From: Felis catus | Taxonomy: Eukaryota | Reading direction: 5' to 3' | DNA: 64,000 nt | Assembly (NCBI RefSeq): GCF_018350175.1 | Contig: NC_058373.1 | Location: 117,244,001 to 117,308,000, forward strand | In this document: positions 1 to 11,614 of the stretch, piece after piece | Layout of the letters: each line of letters starts with the position of its first letter | Numbering within the stretch: position 1 is the stretch's first letter | Translations under genes and position numbers: made by a program | The notes under the pieces: model-generated | Database searches by the model: none | What the model was told of the DNA's origin: nothing | The model's input: the letters and a program-made list of their open reading frames with translations, nothing else

Positions 1-39
1 AACAAAAAAACCCCCAGACAATGCAAGGATAGCTTACTG

Positions 40-213
40 CAATGATTCCTAAAGTGTGGTCTCCAGATTAGCAGCACCAGCATTGTCTTAGAACTTGGTA
101 GAAATACAGACGTTTGAGCTTCTATGTAGACTTTAAAATCATAAACTATGGAGGTGAGATCTCTGTTTTAATGACCCTCCAGAAGATTCTCATGCATGTG
201 CTTGAGAACCACT
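40..213 (+). mobile_element. MER5A-like hAT-Charlie non-autonomous DNA transposon
   Basis: caatgattcctaaagtgtggtc...agcagcaccagcat...gaacttggtagaaat...ccctccagaagattctcatgca...ttgagaaccact follows the MER5A consensus, with both termini present. Confidence 0.8.
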
Positions 214-399
214 AGTTTAGTGAATTAGGTGGACATTTTTCTAACTACCTTGTAGGTCAAGAAATAGAACTTTCCAGTTAACTCAGAAACCCCTCTATGT
301 CCCTCTTCCCAACCACAGCTCCTTCCTTCCTCCTGAAAAAAACACTCTCTTGAGTTTCTCAGTAATTGTTCCTTGTCTCTTTCTAGTTTTTTTTTATTG

Positions 400-1330
400 A
401 AATGCACAACCCCAGATACTATAGTTTAGTCTTTCCTGTTGATAGTAAATTTGTCTTTCCATGTGCAGCCCCCTCAGCACTGTCGCTTTCTTTCTCATAC
501 AATGTATCTATTAAAGACCCTAGATTGTTTGGCTTGTTGGACTTCCTAGAGGGTAGATTTTGCTGGTAGTATACTCATGGCATAGTTCCATGTGATCCTC
601 TACATTTCCTGCATATTGGCAGCTAGATATAGAGGCTTTATCAAACCCAAGCTTGATCCTTTTGCCAGGACTGTAGGTGGTACTGAGTTCTTTCATGACG
701 AGGCATAGGATATGTAGCTTTACAGTTTTTTGATGTTATCAAGCATAACTGTTCAATACTTGGATCTATTGGGAGGTGTATATTGGCAATATTCTGTCAT
801 TTCATTTTCACTTTTACTTATTAGCTGGAATAATTTATGTAGAATAAATGTGTATCACTATATGGCTCCCCAGTGATAGATTCATACATGAAAAGCAGAT
901 CAAAGGCTCCTTTTTCTTTTTATTTACCTAGTTTTCAAAATGATGAATTGTTTCCCTGTGATGTTCAGAAAATAAGCAGTTATTTATTAAAATGTCATTA
1001 TGAACTACTAGGTTTGAACATATTGGAAGACTGCCAAACGTTGGCAACCTTACCCTTATTAAAGCTCAAACTGCCCTTACCTTTGGCCAATGGGAGCTTC
1101 TTCCGCTTGCTTCCTGATTCCTCTTGATGGGACTTGTTCTCTGACTTCTTCCTTTTTTTTTCTTCATGTTCATCTTGTACATTTCTTATCCTAGATCAGC
1201 AATCAGCCATTTCTCCAAGAAACCTCCCTTTTAATAGGAATAAGATGAATAAAACCACAAACTAGGCACTCATGGCTACTGGCTTTGTCTTTTATTTTTT
1301 TTCTGCATCTTTTCCATGACAGAGCTAGGA
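400..1330 (-). mobile_element. Ancient L1M-type LINE fragment (highly decayed)
   Basis: T-rich decayed sequence with the aatcagccatttctccaagaa motif typical of antisense old L1M; boundaries approximate. Confidence 0.4.
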
Positions 1331-1496
1331 AATATTTATATCTACATGTCTTTTTCTATACCTACATATAGATATAGTGGATTTATATATATTATAATTA
1401 AATATGTATTTAAATATAAATAAAGTGAAAATACTTCACAAATTTATTCTAAAGTTTACAATGGAGGACTACAGAGTTTTTACTTAACTTCTTCTC

Positions 1497-1677
1497 TCTC
1501 TTTCTTTAGTGTTTATTTTTGAGAGAGAGAACGAACAGGGGAAGGGCAGACAGAGAGGAGCTCTCTGTCTCCCAAAACGGGCTCTGCGCTGACAGCACTG
1601 AGTGTGATGCGGGACTCGAACTCACAAACCATGAGATCATGACCTGAGCCGAACCAACTGAGCCACTCAAGTGCCCC
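1497..1677 (-). mobile_element. CAN-SINE with small head deletion
   Basis: tttatttttgagagagag...ctcgaactcacaaaccatgagatcatgacctgagccgaa...gagccactcaagtgcccc; flanked by acttaactt(c/a)ttct direct repeats. Confidence 0.9.
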
Positions 1678-1773
1678 CACTTAACTTATTCTATATGGCG
1701 TCCATATCTCATTTCTTCCACTGTAAGAATCTTGGTTCTCAAGGACACAGAAGATGTTAGCTTAGAATATTTC

Positions 1774-1855
1774 TTTTTTCTTTCTTTCTTTTTTTTTTTT
1801 TAAATGTTTATTTACTTCTGAAGGAGACAGAAAGGGTGTGAGAGGTAGAGGGGCA

Positions 1856-1896
<41 letters not shown>

Positions 1897-2021
1897 TGAA
1901 GCAGGCTCCAGACTCCGAGCTGTCAGCTCAGAGCCCGACGTGGGGCCTGAACTCACAAACTGCAAGATCATGACCTGAGCCAAAGTCGGATGTTCAACTG
2001 ACTGAGCCACCCAGGCGCCCC
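1774..2021 (-). mobile_element. CAN-SINE (feline type) with (CA)n expansion
   Basis: Full head ...gagccacccaggcgcccc and T-tail; perfect TSD tagaatatttc at 1763-1773 and 2022-2032. Confidence 0.95.
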
Positions 2022-2811
2022 TAGAATATTTCATAATTACCCATTTGCTCTATTCCACATTATACATATACTATTATTACTATCACCACCAACTATGATC
2101 ACTAAAAAGAGTTGAGAATTTTTTATGCATGTGTTATTTTCATTTTCCCCTAATTCTTTATGGTTACACCAAATCTGTGTTATTAGCCAATTCTTAGTAC
2201 ATGCTATACTCTTCAGCATTTAACCTCTGTTTAATGTTAATTTTTAGTTTTATATATGTAATGCTTACATCATCTCTGTATCCTAGTCCTTTGGTTATCT
2301 GAAACTCATTCTCTAGTAGATTCCTTAGGAAGGGGGTTACGGTTCAGTTTTGCTAGACATCGAATCCTGGGCTCGGATTTTCTTTCTTTGAATATCTAAA
2401 TATGTTCCTCAATTATCTTATGGCATAAAACGTTGCTGTAAATTCTGATAATCCAGTTTTCTTTCTCTTGTCGGTCATATTCTCTTTTTGCCTGGAGTTT
2501 GCCCAGTTGTTTTGTTTTGTTTCGCTTTTTCCTTTAAAGTCTTAAAATTTTACCAGTGTATGTCTTGGTGTTGGTGGTTCTGGGTGATGATTCTCACATA
2601 GGTAGTTTCTTTTTAAATTATATGTTAACGTGCAATTTACAAATTGTTCTATTTTAGGAAAGTTTTCTTCTTTTTTTTTTAGGAAAGTTTTCTTTATTAA
2701 AGTTTTTTTTTTAATTTTAACTTTTATTTATTTATTTATTTATTTGGTATTTGTTGTGTTCCTTTGTTCCAAAATTTCCCCCCCCCTTTCAGAATCTCCT
2801 ATTATTTTATT

Positions 2812-3256
2812 TTATTTTATTTTATTTTATTTTATTTATTTATTTATTTTCAACGTTTATTTATTTTTGGGACAGAGAGAGACAGAGCATGAACGGGGGA
2901 GGGGCAGAGAGAGAGGGAGACACAGAATCGGAAACAGGCTCCAGGCTCCGAGCCATCAGCCCAGAGCCTGACGCGGGGCTCGAACTCACGGACCGCGAGA
3001 TCGTGACCTGGCCGAAGTCGGACGCTTAACCGACTGCGCCACCCAGGCGCCCCTGACGTTTATTTATTTTTGAGACAGAGAGAGACAGAGCATGAACGGG
3101 GGAGGGGCAGAGAGAGAGGGAGACACAGAATCGGAAACAGGCTCCGGGCTCTGAGCCGTCAGCCCAGAGCCTGACGCGGGGCTTGAACTCATGGACCGCG
3201 AGATCGTGACCTGGCTGAAGTCGGACGCTTAACCGACTGCGCCACCCAGGCGCCCC
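2812..3256 (-). mobile_element. Head-to-tail dimer of young feline CAN-SINEs (SINEC_Fc-like)
   Basis: Monomers at 2812-3053 and 3055-3256; a single TSD tcctattattttatt (2797-2811 and 3257-3271) flanks both. Confidence 0.93.
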
Positions 3257-4149
3257 TCCTATTATTTTATTATGTTGCATCTTATTTGCTTGTCTTCAAA
3301 GTTTGTCACTTTTCCTGTAACACTTTCTTCATTTTTTTTTTTTTTTGATTTGAAACTTTCCATTTTCTCCTTCTATTTATCTGAAGGTATTATTATTATT
3401 TTCATTCACTCTTAAGTTCCTCCTAGTTAAGATTTTATTTCTAAAATTTCTAACTCCCTCAAGTTCTGTCACCTCATTTCTGATGTTTTTTTAGTTTATC
3501 TATTCTGGTTTCTTCATGTCCAGTATATTTTCTCGGCGTCCTTTGGCACATTTGGAAATTGTATATTACAGTTTTAATCTGGTTTTTGAGACTGTTTTCT
3601 TGGGTGTGCTTTTATCAACCTGTAGAGGTGGTATTTTATTCCTTTCTCTCTTGTTCTTATAGTAATATTGGGTAGAATTTGATCTCAGTGCTTCTCTGTT
3701 GCTCATTTTCCTGAAGTTTCAGCAAGAGACTTGGTTGAGATACTTTTTTCTAACTTCCCAGAACCCCCTCTTCAAGTCATGTAGTGTCTAAAAACAAACA
3801 AAACTTACTGTCTTACTTACTTACTTCTTACTGAAATTTCCTACTTTTGTTTTCCATCCCCACTGTTCGCTGAATCTTCCGTTTTCTCAGTTTTGTTATT
3901 CCTGTTTTGCTCAATTTCGATTTTTCTCTCCAATGCTTTGCTCTCTCCAATGGGAGGCTCTGTCTTGACAGCAGGAGTTGGCTATTTGTGTATTTGCCGG
4001 TGGTTTATGCTTACCTGCTTGAACTTTGGTGTTTGGGGAGAAGGTTATCTTATCACCTAGGTTTGTTGTAAATGTTACTTACATATTTTTTATTTTTCTA
4101 TTTAAACGCTGTATGTTTATATGTGGGGATTCCAGGAGACCTACCCCCC

Positions 4150-4213
4150 CCCAAACCAAACCAAAACCAAAACAAAAACAGAAAACAAACAAACAAACAA
4201 ACAACAAACAAAA
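4150..4213 (+). repeat. (CAAA)n / A-rich simple repeat
   Basis: ccaaaccaaaccaaaaccaaaacaaaaac...aaacaaacaaacaa. Confidence 0.9.
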
Positions 4214-5062
4214 CCCCACTATGTAGCTATCACCACCACCACCTCAGAACTTGTCTGTTGTTGAAATGATGATTATAGCACTTTGGACTTCAGAACTTGA
4301 GAGACCCTGCATTTTTAGAGCTGGGGCAAAATGTTTTCAAACACAATTGTAAGAGGGAAGGGAAAGAATTGGCTTCTAAAATGTAATGGATTATAATTCA
4401 GAGATGGGTGAGCTGATTCTGTCTCGACCAGCTACAGAGCAAACTCGGATAAAGACGACAATACACAACAGGAAGGTACGATGGGGGCCGAAGGGGGTTA
4501 ATCAACACAGGTTAGTCTTCCTTTCATGGCCTACGCCTTTTCTATTTCTTCATCAAGCGGAGACACCTGTCTAGTTTCTTGCAGCAGACTATGTTAAGTG
4601 GTTAGAAGTGTGCTGGGTCTTGCCCGCCCTGCCTGCCTCGCCCTGCTGCTGTCTGCTAGCGGGCCATGGGGTGAAGGGAAGGGACTGGCCCCATATCACA
4701 TAGGTGCTTTGAGAATCGGACCTCAGGCCTGCGTTTGCTTGGCTCCGATCCAAGATTCCTTCTGCCACCACAGTTTACCTATCACCAAGTATTAAGAAGA
4801 TGGATTTATTAGCCCAAAATAAAACTGGCTGATGTGGACTGTATGCTGTTTTTGTTTTTGTTTTTTTTTTTTTGAAGAATATTGTGAATTCTCCTTCCTT
4901 AAAAATCAGGGTTACCAAAAATAAAAATTAAAAAATACATTATAAAGAAGAAATCAGGGTAATAGCTATCACTGTGGCATTCTTCTGTTCACATAGCTGT
5001 CACTATTCAGCGAGCAGCTTGCTGTGCTGTTTTCCGGGCCTCGTTGGCTTCTTGCCACGCGT

Positions 5063-5255
5063 GTTTTTTTTTTTTTGAGAGAGAGAGTGTGTGTGTGTGC
5101 AGGGGAGCAGGGGTGGAGCAGAGAGAGAGGGGGAGAGAGAACCTTAAGCAGACTCCATGCCCAGTGTGGAGCTCACATGGGGCTCAATCTCGCGATCGTG
5201 AGATCATGACCTGAATTGAAATCAAGAGTCAGCTGACTGAGCCACCCAGGCGCCC
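5063..5255 (-). mobile_element. CAN-SINE (older subfamily)
   Basis: T-tail, GA/GT tract, ...gagatcatgacctgaattgaaatcaagagtc...gagccacccaggcgccc. Confidence 0.9.
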
Positions 5256-7599
5256 TGGCACTCACGTTCTTATTTACTGCTCATCATCTGGCAAAGTACT
5301 ATCATCATCCCTAGTTTATCCAAGAGGAATCCTAATACAACCTAGAGTAAGTGTGTTGTCCAAAACTACCCTGCGAATGAACTGTGGGTCCATGAAAATA
5401 GACACCCTCTTCTTCTTGGTGTTCTGGGCAGCAGAGAGCAGTTTCTCTTCATCACTGTGGCCACCATGGTCTGTGCACCCCAGGACCCCCCCCTCCCCCC
5501 GTCTCTGCCCCACTGCACACAGACACACACGGAGAGTGGATGAGAGAGTACCCTGAATGATTATCTTGAGAGTAAGTCTGTCTTGTAGCGGCTATGTCTG
5601 TTTTCCAGCCTTCCCCCTTTCCATCTCTCTCCATCCTTGGCAGCCAGTTCTTTGGCAATCAGACCGGTGTATCTTCCTTACTCATGCCAACCTGGACATC
5701 TTTGTGCCATTCTCTGTGTAAAACTTCTACCTGGACTCTTTATAATCTGTTACTTTGGATACCTCTGGTTGTAGAAAAGCAGTAACTAAAACAGAAATGT
5801 TTAGGGCGAAAGAGCTTTTTGTCTGATCCTTTAGGTCCATTGGCCCAGATAATCGTCCCAACGACTGCGTGAGGCTGGGGGGCAGGAGGCATGGCCCATG
5901 CTTTGCCAAGCCTTCATCTTTTCAGGGGCTCTTCATGTCCATTGGCTTCCTCACTTGTCTCCTCGTCTTGACCTTTATCTTTCTCCAATCCATTGAAGAC
6001 ATTAACCAACTCAGGCCCTAAGACGCTTCTTTCTCTAGGTCACCTTCCTATCTAGCACCCATGATGCCTTCTCATTGTTCCCCAAATCAAACCCAAACTC
6101 CTGTCTGACTTGGAGACTCTAATTTTGCCTCACTGAGCTCTTTGAGAAGAGGACCTAGGTTTGTAATGGTCTGTAATCCTTGTCTTCCTTCCACTCTGCC
6201 TCTCTCTGCCCCCTTTGCTTTTACTGAGTAACATTTTCTTTTCCACAGTTACTGTAAAAAGAAATCAATTCTGTTTAGCTAAAGTAAATTACTTCCAACT
6301 CTCCTTACATGGAAAAAAAAAAGGCGCTAAAGTGCTGACAGATACTGTCTCGGGATAGAGGGATGTTCTTGCTGTTATCCTTCCAGAATGATCAGAAACA
6401 AATTTAACTGGTGAATGGCCGTTCCACGTGGAAGGGAAGTGGTAACTAATGTAAAATTAGTAGCCCTCCCAGGAGGATTCACAGTGTTTCTGTGTCATTT
6501 GCCACTTCTACGTTACAAATCAAATAGCAGTCTCACCTGGGAAGGCAGGATGGGTCTGTCCTGTCCACCTTCATCTCTTTAAAATATAGCTTGAGTAACA
6601 GAGCCACATAAGCATGTGAAAATTTCTAGAGCATTGCCATTATATATTATTCACCACACCCCCAACAGGGTTTGGATCAAATGCCTTTTCCTGACGGAGT
6701 TCACTGCCTCCACAGATCAAGAAACCTGAGGAAGACCCCATTTGTATGTGTGTGGCCAGCAGTACCCATGGGGGGTGCGTAGCTCAAGGGAGCTTCAAAT
6801 AGCCGTTCAGGATGGACTCAAAAAGGGAGCCTCAGAGGAGCAGACAGACCATTTGCCTAAATCATTTTATGCCCGTAAAAATTGGCAGACTTCAGCTGGT
6901 GGCAGGTGGATTTTAATTCGTGTCTGGATGTTTCTTAACTACAAACATCAAGAGAGCCGGATGGGTCACTCTCTGCAGGCAGTTTCTCGGTTTTGCCCTC
7001 CTCCTTGGCTACCGTGCTATTTGTCTCTTTGGTATAATCCCTCTTGGAGGCCAGAATCCCCTGGCAGAGCTCCGGGTCTTAGAGAAATATGGCTGTAAAA
7101 TGCTCGAAGTTTATTCTGATGATACTTGTCACGCTGGGCAGATGGTGGCATTTACCACGTTGATTGGCGAGGAGTGTTCGCGCTCCCAGACGCAGATGGG
7201 CCAAGAGGCCTTCCCGGCAGCCTCACATCCGCCCGCTCCAACATCCATCGCGGCTGCTAGTCAGCGGCCCCCTCTTTGTTCCGGTAACACTTGTGCTTGC
7301 GTTTCTTTCATGTTGCCCATCGGTGGTGGTGACGATCATCTGCCTTGATGAATGCCCCCTACCAGGCTGGCTGTCAAGTCTTCAAGGGCAGGGACCTGGC
7401 TTCTACTCCAGGGGCTAAGAGGTTCTGCACTCTGTGCAAGGTCACCTAGCAGCCGAGTGGCAGCAGCGCAGGATTCTAAGCTTCATTCATCAATCTCCAA
7501 GGCCCAGGCTGTTAATGAGAAGGCCTGTCATGTCATAGCCATCATAATGGCCCTCTGAGGGCAGAATGATGGGCGTAAAATCGTCCATCATCCTTTGAT

Positions 7600-8060
7600 A
7601 ATTACAACAGTAATTGTTTATTGGGGTCTTAGGAACTGCACCAATCACTTTAAATTTTTTTTTTTCAACGTTTATTTATTTTTGGGACAGAGAGAGACAG
7701 AGCATGAACGGGGGAGGGGCAGAGAGAGACGGAGACACAGAATCGGAAACAGGCTCCAGGCTCCGAGCCATCAGCCCAGAGCCCGACGCGGGGCTCGAAC
7801 TCACGGACCGCGAGATCGTGACCTGGCTGAAGTCGGACGCTTAACCGACTGCGCCACCCAGGCGCCCCAACCAATCACTTTAAAGACATTATTTCAGTTA
7901 ATCTTCCCAACAATCCTATGCATAAATAATATAACCACCATTTTCAGATGAAGAGAGTGAAGTTCACAGAAAGTAAGAGACTTGCCATCCAGGTTGCACA
8001 ACTAGTAAGTAGCTCCAGCCCTCACTCAGACTGCTCTGTTTTTGAAGCCCTGGTCTTGTC
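7600..8060 (-). mobile_element. MIR, interrupted by a young SINE
   Basis: aatcttcccaacaatcctatg...ccattttcagatgaagaga...gacttgcc...aggttgcacaactagtaagt is the antisense MIR core. Confidence 0.7.
7655..7868 (-). mobile_element. Young feline CAN-SINE
   Basis: Near-consensus with CpGs intact; TSD accaatcactttaaa at 7640-7654 and 7870-7884. Confidence 0.96.
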
Positions 8061-8396
8061 TGCTGTGCTTTAGTGCCTGTTGGCACAAATGGACGCTTGA
8101 CATCTGAGAACAGCTCCAGACAGGGAGCCCCTCATCGGTGTGTGTCACTCTTCTTCACTGAAGCCCAAGCGCTGTAGATCATTTGCAGCTGCCTTGATCA
8201 TAAGAAAACACACACAGGGACAAGGACACTTTAGATCTATGCACTCAGACAAAGAACACTTTGTCATACACTCAAAACGAGGTGTAGAAAATAATTGTTA
8301 TGTGTTGTCCCACTTTTCATTTGAAGTTAGTAGGGATCTTGGGAGTGACGGTTGCCAACTACCAGCCAATCCCCTGTCAACCCCCAAATATACCCA

Positions 8397-8428
8397 CTTC
8401 TTGCTTCTTGCTTCTTGCTTCTTGCTTC
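8397..8428 (+). repeat. (CTTCTTG)n heptamer repeat
   Basis: About four tandem cttcttg units. Confidence 0.85.
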
Positions 8429-8879
8429 AGTCGTGGTCAAGGGCGTGGCTCTGACAAGTTCACCCTACCATGTGGACGATTATGGTGGGAGGGGGTGTGA
8501 TGGTGGCCGTGATACCCTCTATCGGTGTACCCTGTATTTGCGCACACATCCTTATATAATCAACTTCAGGGATTGGGTGACCAAGCATCATAGATCATTA
8601 TCCCCCTTTTCCTCGCGGAACTGAATCTCGAAGGTGGTTGAGTGGCATAGGGTGGATTCAAACTCAGGGCTTCCATTTTCTGATCCAGTGCTCTTTCTGT
8701 TAGAGTCGTTACTCTCACACTGTGGGGTGTGGAGGTGCCTCAGATACCTATCATGATGAGGGGGGACGAGGGGACTCAAGGACCTACAGCCTGCCTTAAA
8801 TAGAACTGATCCACTTTATCTGACTGATTCGTAAGGGTCTGCGTGAGGTTTTCTTTTATAGAAAGGTGCTGGCATTTTA

Positions 8880-9252
8880 ACAGTTTGCTCTTTCTGTGTA
8901 AACACTACCAAACGTAGTTCTTATTGTGCATGCATGGGCGGGCTGGCGGGGGCTCAGCTGGGCTCTGCTGGCCGCCATAACTCTGGCAGCAGCAGTGGGG
9001 CTCCCTGCTTCTTCCTGCAAGTGTACGGGTCGGCTGGGCTGGCTCTGTGGGACCAGTGTGCTAGCCAGGGCATGCTTTTCACAGTTTCTTGGCTTGGGCC
9101 TGGAACTGGCCTACTCTTGCTCCCAAAGCAAGTCACAGAGCCAAGGCCGAAGTCAGAGGGCAGGACGGTTCGCTGCCTCTTTATGGGGCCTGCGGCAAGG
9201 TCACGGATGCAGGGAGGCATGAAAAGTTGGGGCCAATAATGCAGTCTGTCAC
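8880..9252 (-). mobile_element. MaLR solo LTR (MLT1H/I-like)
   Basis: aagcaagtcacagagccaaggcc...ggatgcagggaggcatgaaaagttggggccaataatgcagtctgtcac matches the antisense old MLT1 terminus. Confidence 0.65.
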
Positions 9253-9535
9253 GACTACTTTCAAAAATTGGGATATCACTGCACGGTCTGAATTTGAAGG
9301 CTGTTAAAGTTCTTCAAGCCACATATACCCATGGCCTCCGGGGAAGGTGGCTGTGTCTAGTGAAGGACAGGAGCTCTGTACTCAGAGATAATCAGGCCCA
9401 AGGAGTGTTGCTTGTTAGTGGTGGCCAGTTTGGGCTGTGGTCATCCTCGTCTGTTCAGAGTCCAGAGTGCTGACCATTACACCATGGAACCCCACATCCC
9501 ATCTTTTCACTGCTTGCTCAGGTAGGGTGATGTTT

Positions 9536-9537
<2 letters not shown>

Positions 9538-9578
<41 letters not shown>
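9538..9578 (+). repeat. (TG)n microsatellite
   Basis: About 20 TG units. Confidence 0.97.
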
Positions 9579-9583
<5 letters not shown>

Positions 9584-10610
9584 ATAAGGGTACAAGATAC
9601 GTGCCTCTGCCTACCAACCTCATCAGCTCCGTCCTTGTTTTAGCTGAAAGCTTTATTCTGTGCTTTGCTCCCCCTTCTCTCCCTGCTGTCCCCCAGCATT
9701 TATATTAGGTTGGGCTACAGAGCTCTCTCCCGCCACCAGCTCCTTGATTGTCAGTGTCAGCTGCACCTCTGAGCTCTAAGCCTTTACCTGCCGAAAGCCT
9801 TTCCTAGGTGGTTTGTACCTTCTGACCCCAGTCTGGCTAATTTACCTTCATAAACTGTCAGATTCTGCTAAGGTCATTTAATTCTGTCATCTTGTAATGT
9901 TCAAAAAAAAAAAAAAAAAGTGGATAAGAGGCCAAATGATGAGCCATCCGCCCCGGAGTACAGCACGCCAGCAGCATTCTATTTCATCATTGAAAAAACA
10001 GTGCGGGAGTTACCAAGCAGAATATTTATTAAAATGGACTCCATGAGGAGGTTGTAAAGACAAATGCGAAATATCTAAATGTGCAGAGTTACAGGCTCAG
10101 AATAAAAATGATTTCCGGAATGTTGGGGCACACAGAGTCTCCCATCTTACCCACTGCTCTCGTTCCCAGTACGTGTGACCGCATGGGTGGCAATCGCTAA
10201 ACGTTGCAAGTCACGTATGCCACTTGATCCGAGGTCTCCTCACCAAACATCCGAGTGGGAGGGCGATCATGTTGTGACACAAGTGATCTTGATAAAGGGA
10301 AACAAAATCATTAGGTGATACGAAAAGCCACGCATCCGGGTCTGTTTAGTCAAAATCGATTCCAATGACATTTAAAAGGATGGAAAGAATCATAGCCAGA
10401 GGCACTATGTAAGCATGGCCACTTTATGTGATTTAGTGAGTCCTTTTCTAATTATTGGCAGTCAATGCTGAGTGTATCCACATGCTAAAATCCATTTCCT
10501 TCTAATAAGAACCCATCCACCTGGACCTCAGTTATGTGGCTATCTTGTCAACATGGAGCAGGTCTCGGAATAGGAGGGATGTGGGAAGGCCACCCAAGCG
10601 TCATCTCAAG

Positions 10611-11232
10611 TGTCTCAGTCAGGGTTTGATCAGAAAAGCAGAGCCACTAAGACTTATCATCTGGATTTCACCCAGGTAGTTGTGGGATCTGGTTAAACAG
10701 TCAATGGAAGGTTGTGACATCTGGTGCCAGGCATCACTAGGGCAGGCAGTGAGGAGGAAAGATGGATGTGACCTTGAGGAGGGAGAGATGAAGTGGAACC
10801 CTTGAGGACAAGCTGGCATCCACATTCGTGGACTGCAACCCACGTTGGTCTCTCGCTGCCATCAAGTCGCGTCCATGATGGGGTCGAATTCCAGGAGCCA
10901 CCGACTGACCTTCATCATGGAGCTGAGCATGCACCTGACCAGGAGTCAGAGACGGTGAAGGAGGCATTCCAGAATGGGCTGGACAGGTCCATTTGCTGAC
11001 TCTTGACAACGAAGTGGCCAGCAGTAAATGAAGACACACAGAGTTGCGGAAGCACCTGACACCCCGCACCAGCCTTGCAGATGCAGAGAGACCACAGCTG
11101 TTCCTCCACTTCCTTCTTTCCGTCTCACCCGCATGCTTCCTGGGGTCCGTGCTAACCCAGAGGAGCGCAGGGGACGGAAGCGTGGGAAACAGAGTTCCAG
11201 CTTAGCTGGTTAGCGCGACGTAAACCTACCGC
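10611..11232 (-). mobile_element. ERVL solo LTR, MLT2F-like
   Basis: Begins tgtctcagtcagggtttgatcagaaaagcagagccact and ends gggaaacagagttccagcttagct...aaacctacc, the antisense MLT2-type termini. Confidence 0.75.
10877..11066 (+). pseudogene. APOA4: Decayed apolipoprotein A-IV-like coding segment captured inside the LTR
   Basis: Frameshifted pieces FIMELSMHLT / QESETVKEAFQNGLD / DNEV / ELRKHLTP are colinear with recalled APOA4 FATELHERLA / KDSEKLKEEIGKELE / ANEV / ELQQRLEP. Confidence 0.65.
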
Positions 11233-11614
11233 TCTTGGTCTTGCTAAGCCCATTTTTCACATGTGGCCCACCCAGACTGAAATAATCCCTGTTGGTTCGC
11301 CATCTTATAGGGGCCACTATTTACCTCGTTTGCCCAATTTGGGTGCTAGGTGCTTAGGTGCGAACATCAGTTCTCGATTGCCTGTTAAGGATCTTTTCAC
11401 TCTTGAATTTGTTATGACGTCCAAAAGATTATTTGAGAATAACCGAGTGTGGCACCCTATACTTGTATCTCCTGTGGAGATACATAAACATAAATGGATA
11501 TGAATATTATGCACACATATAGGCTACAAATAATATACAGCTATTGATATAATATGGTCTAGCAATATCATGCACAGTCCTCATCAGTGAAACCCAGGAA
11601 TGAGAGTAGCTTAG

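Noticed and set aside
2630..3280. ORFs such as MNGGGAEREGDTESETGSRL... and GAPGWRSRLSVRLQPG... (also at 7595-7951 and 23039-23289)
   Set aside because: Translations of CAN-SINE sequence that recur wherever the SINE occurs; not genes
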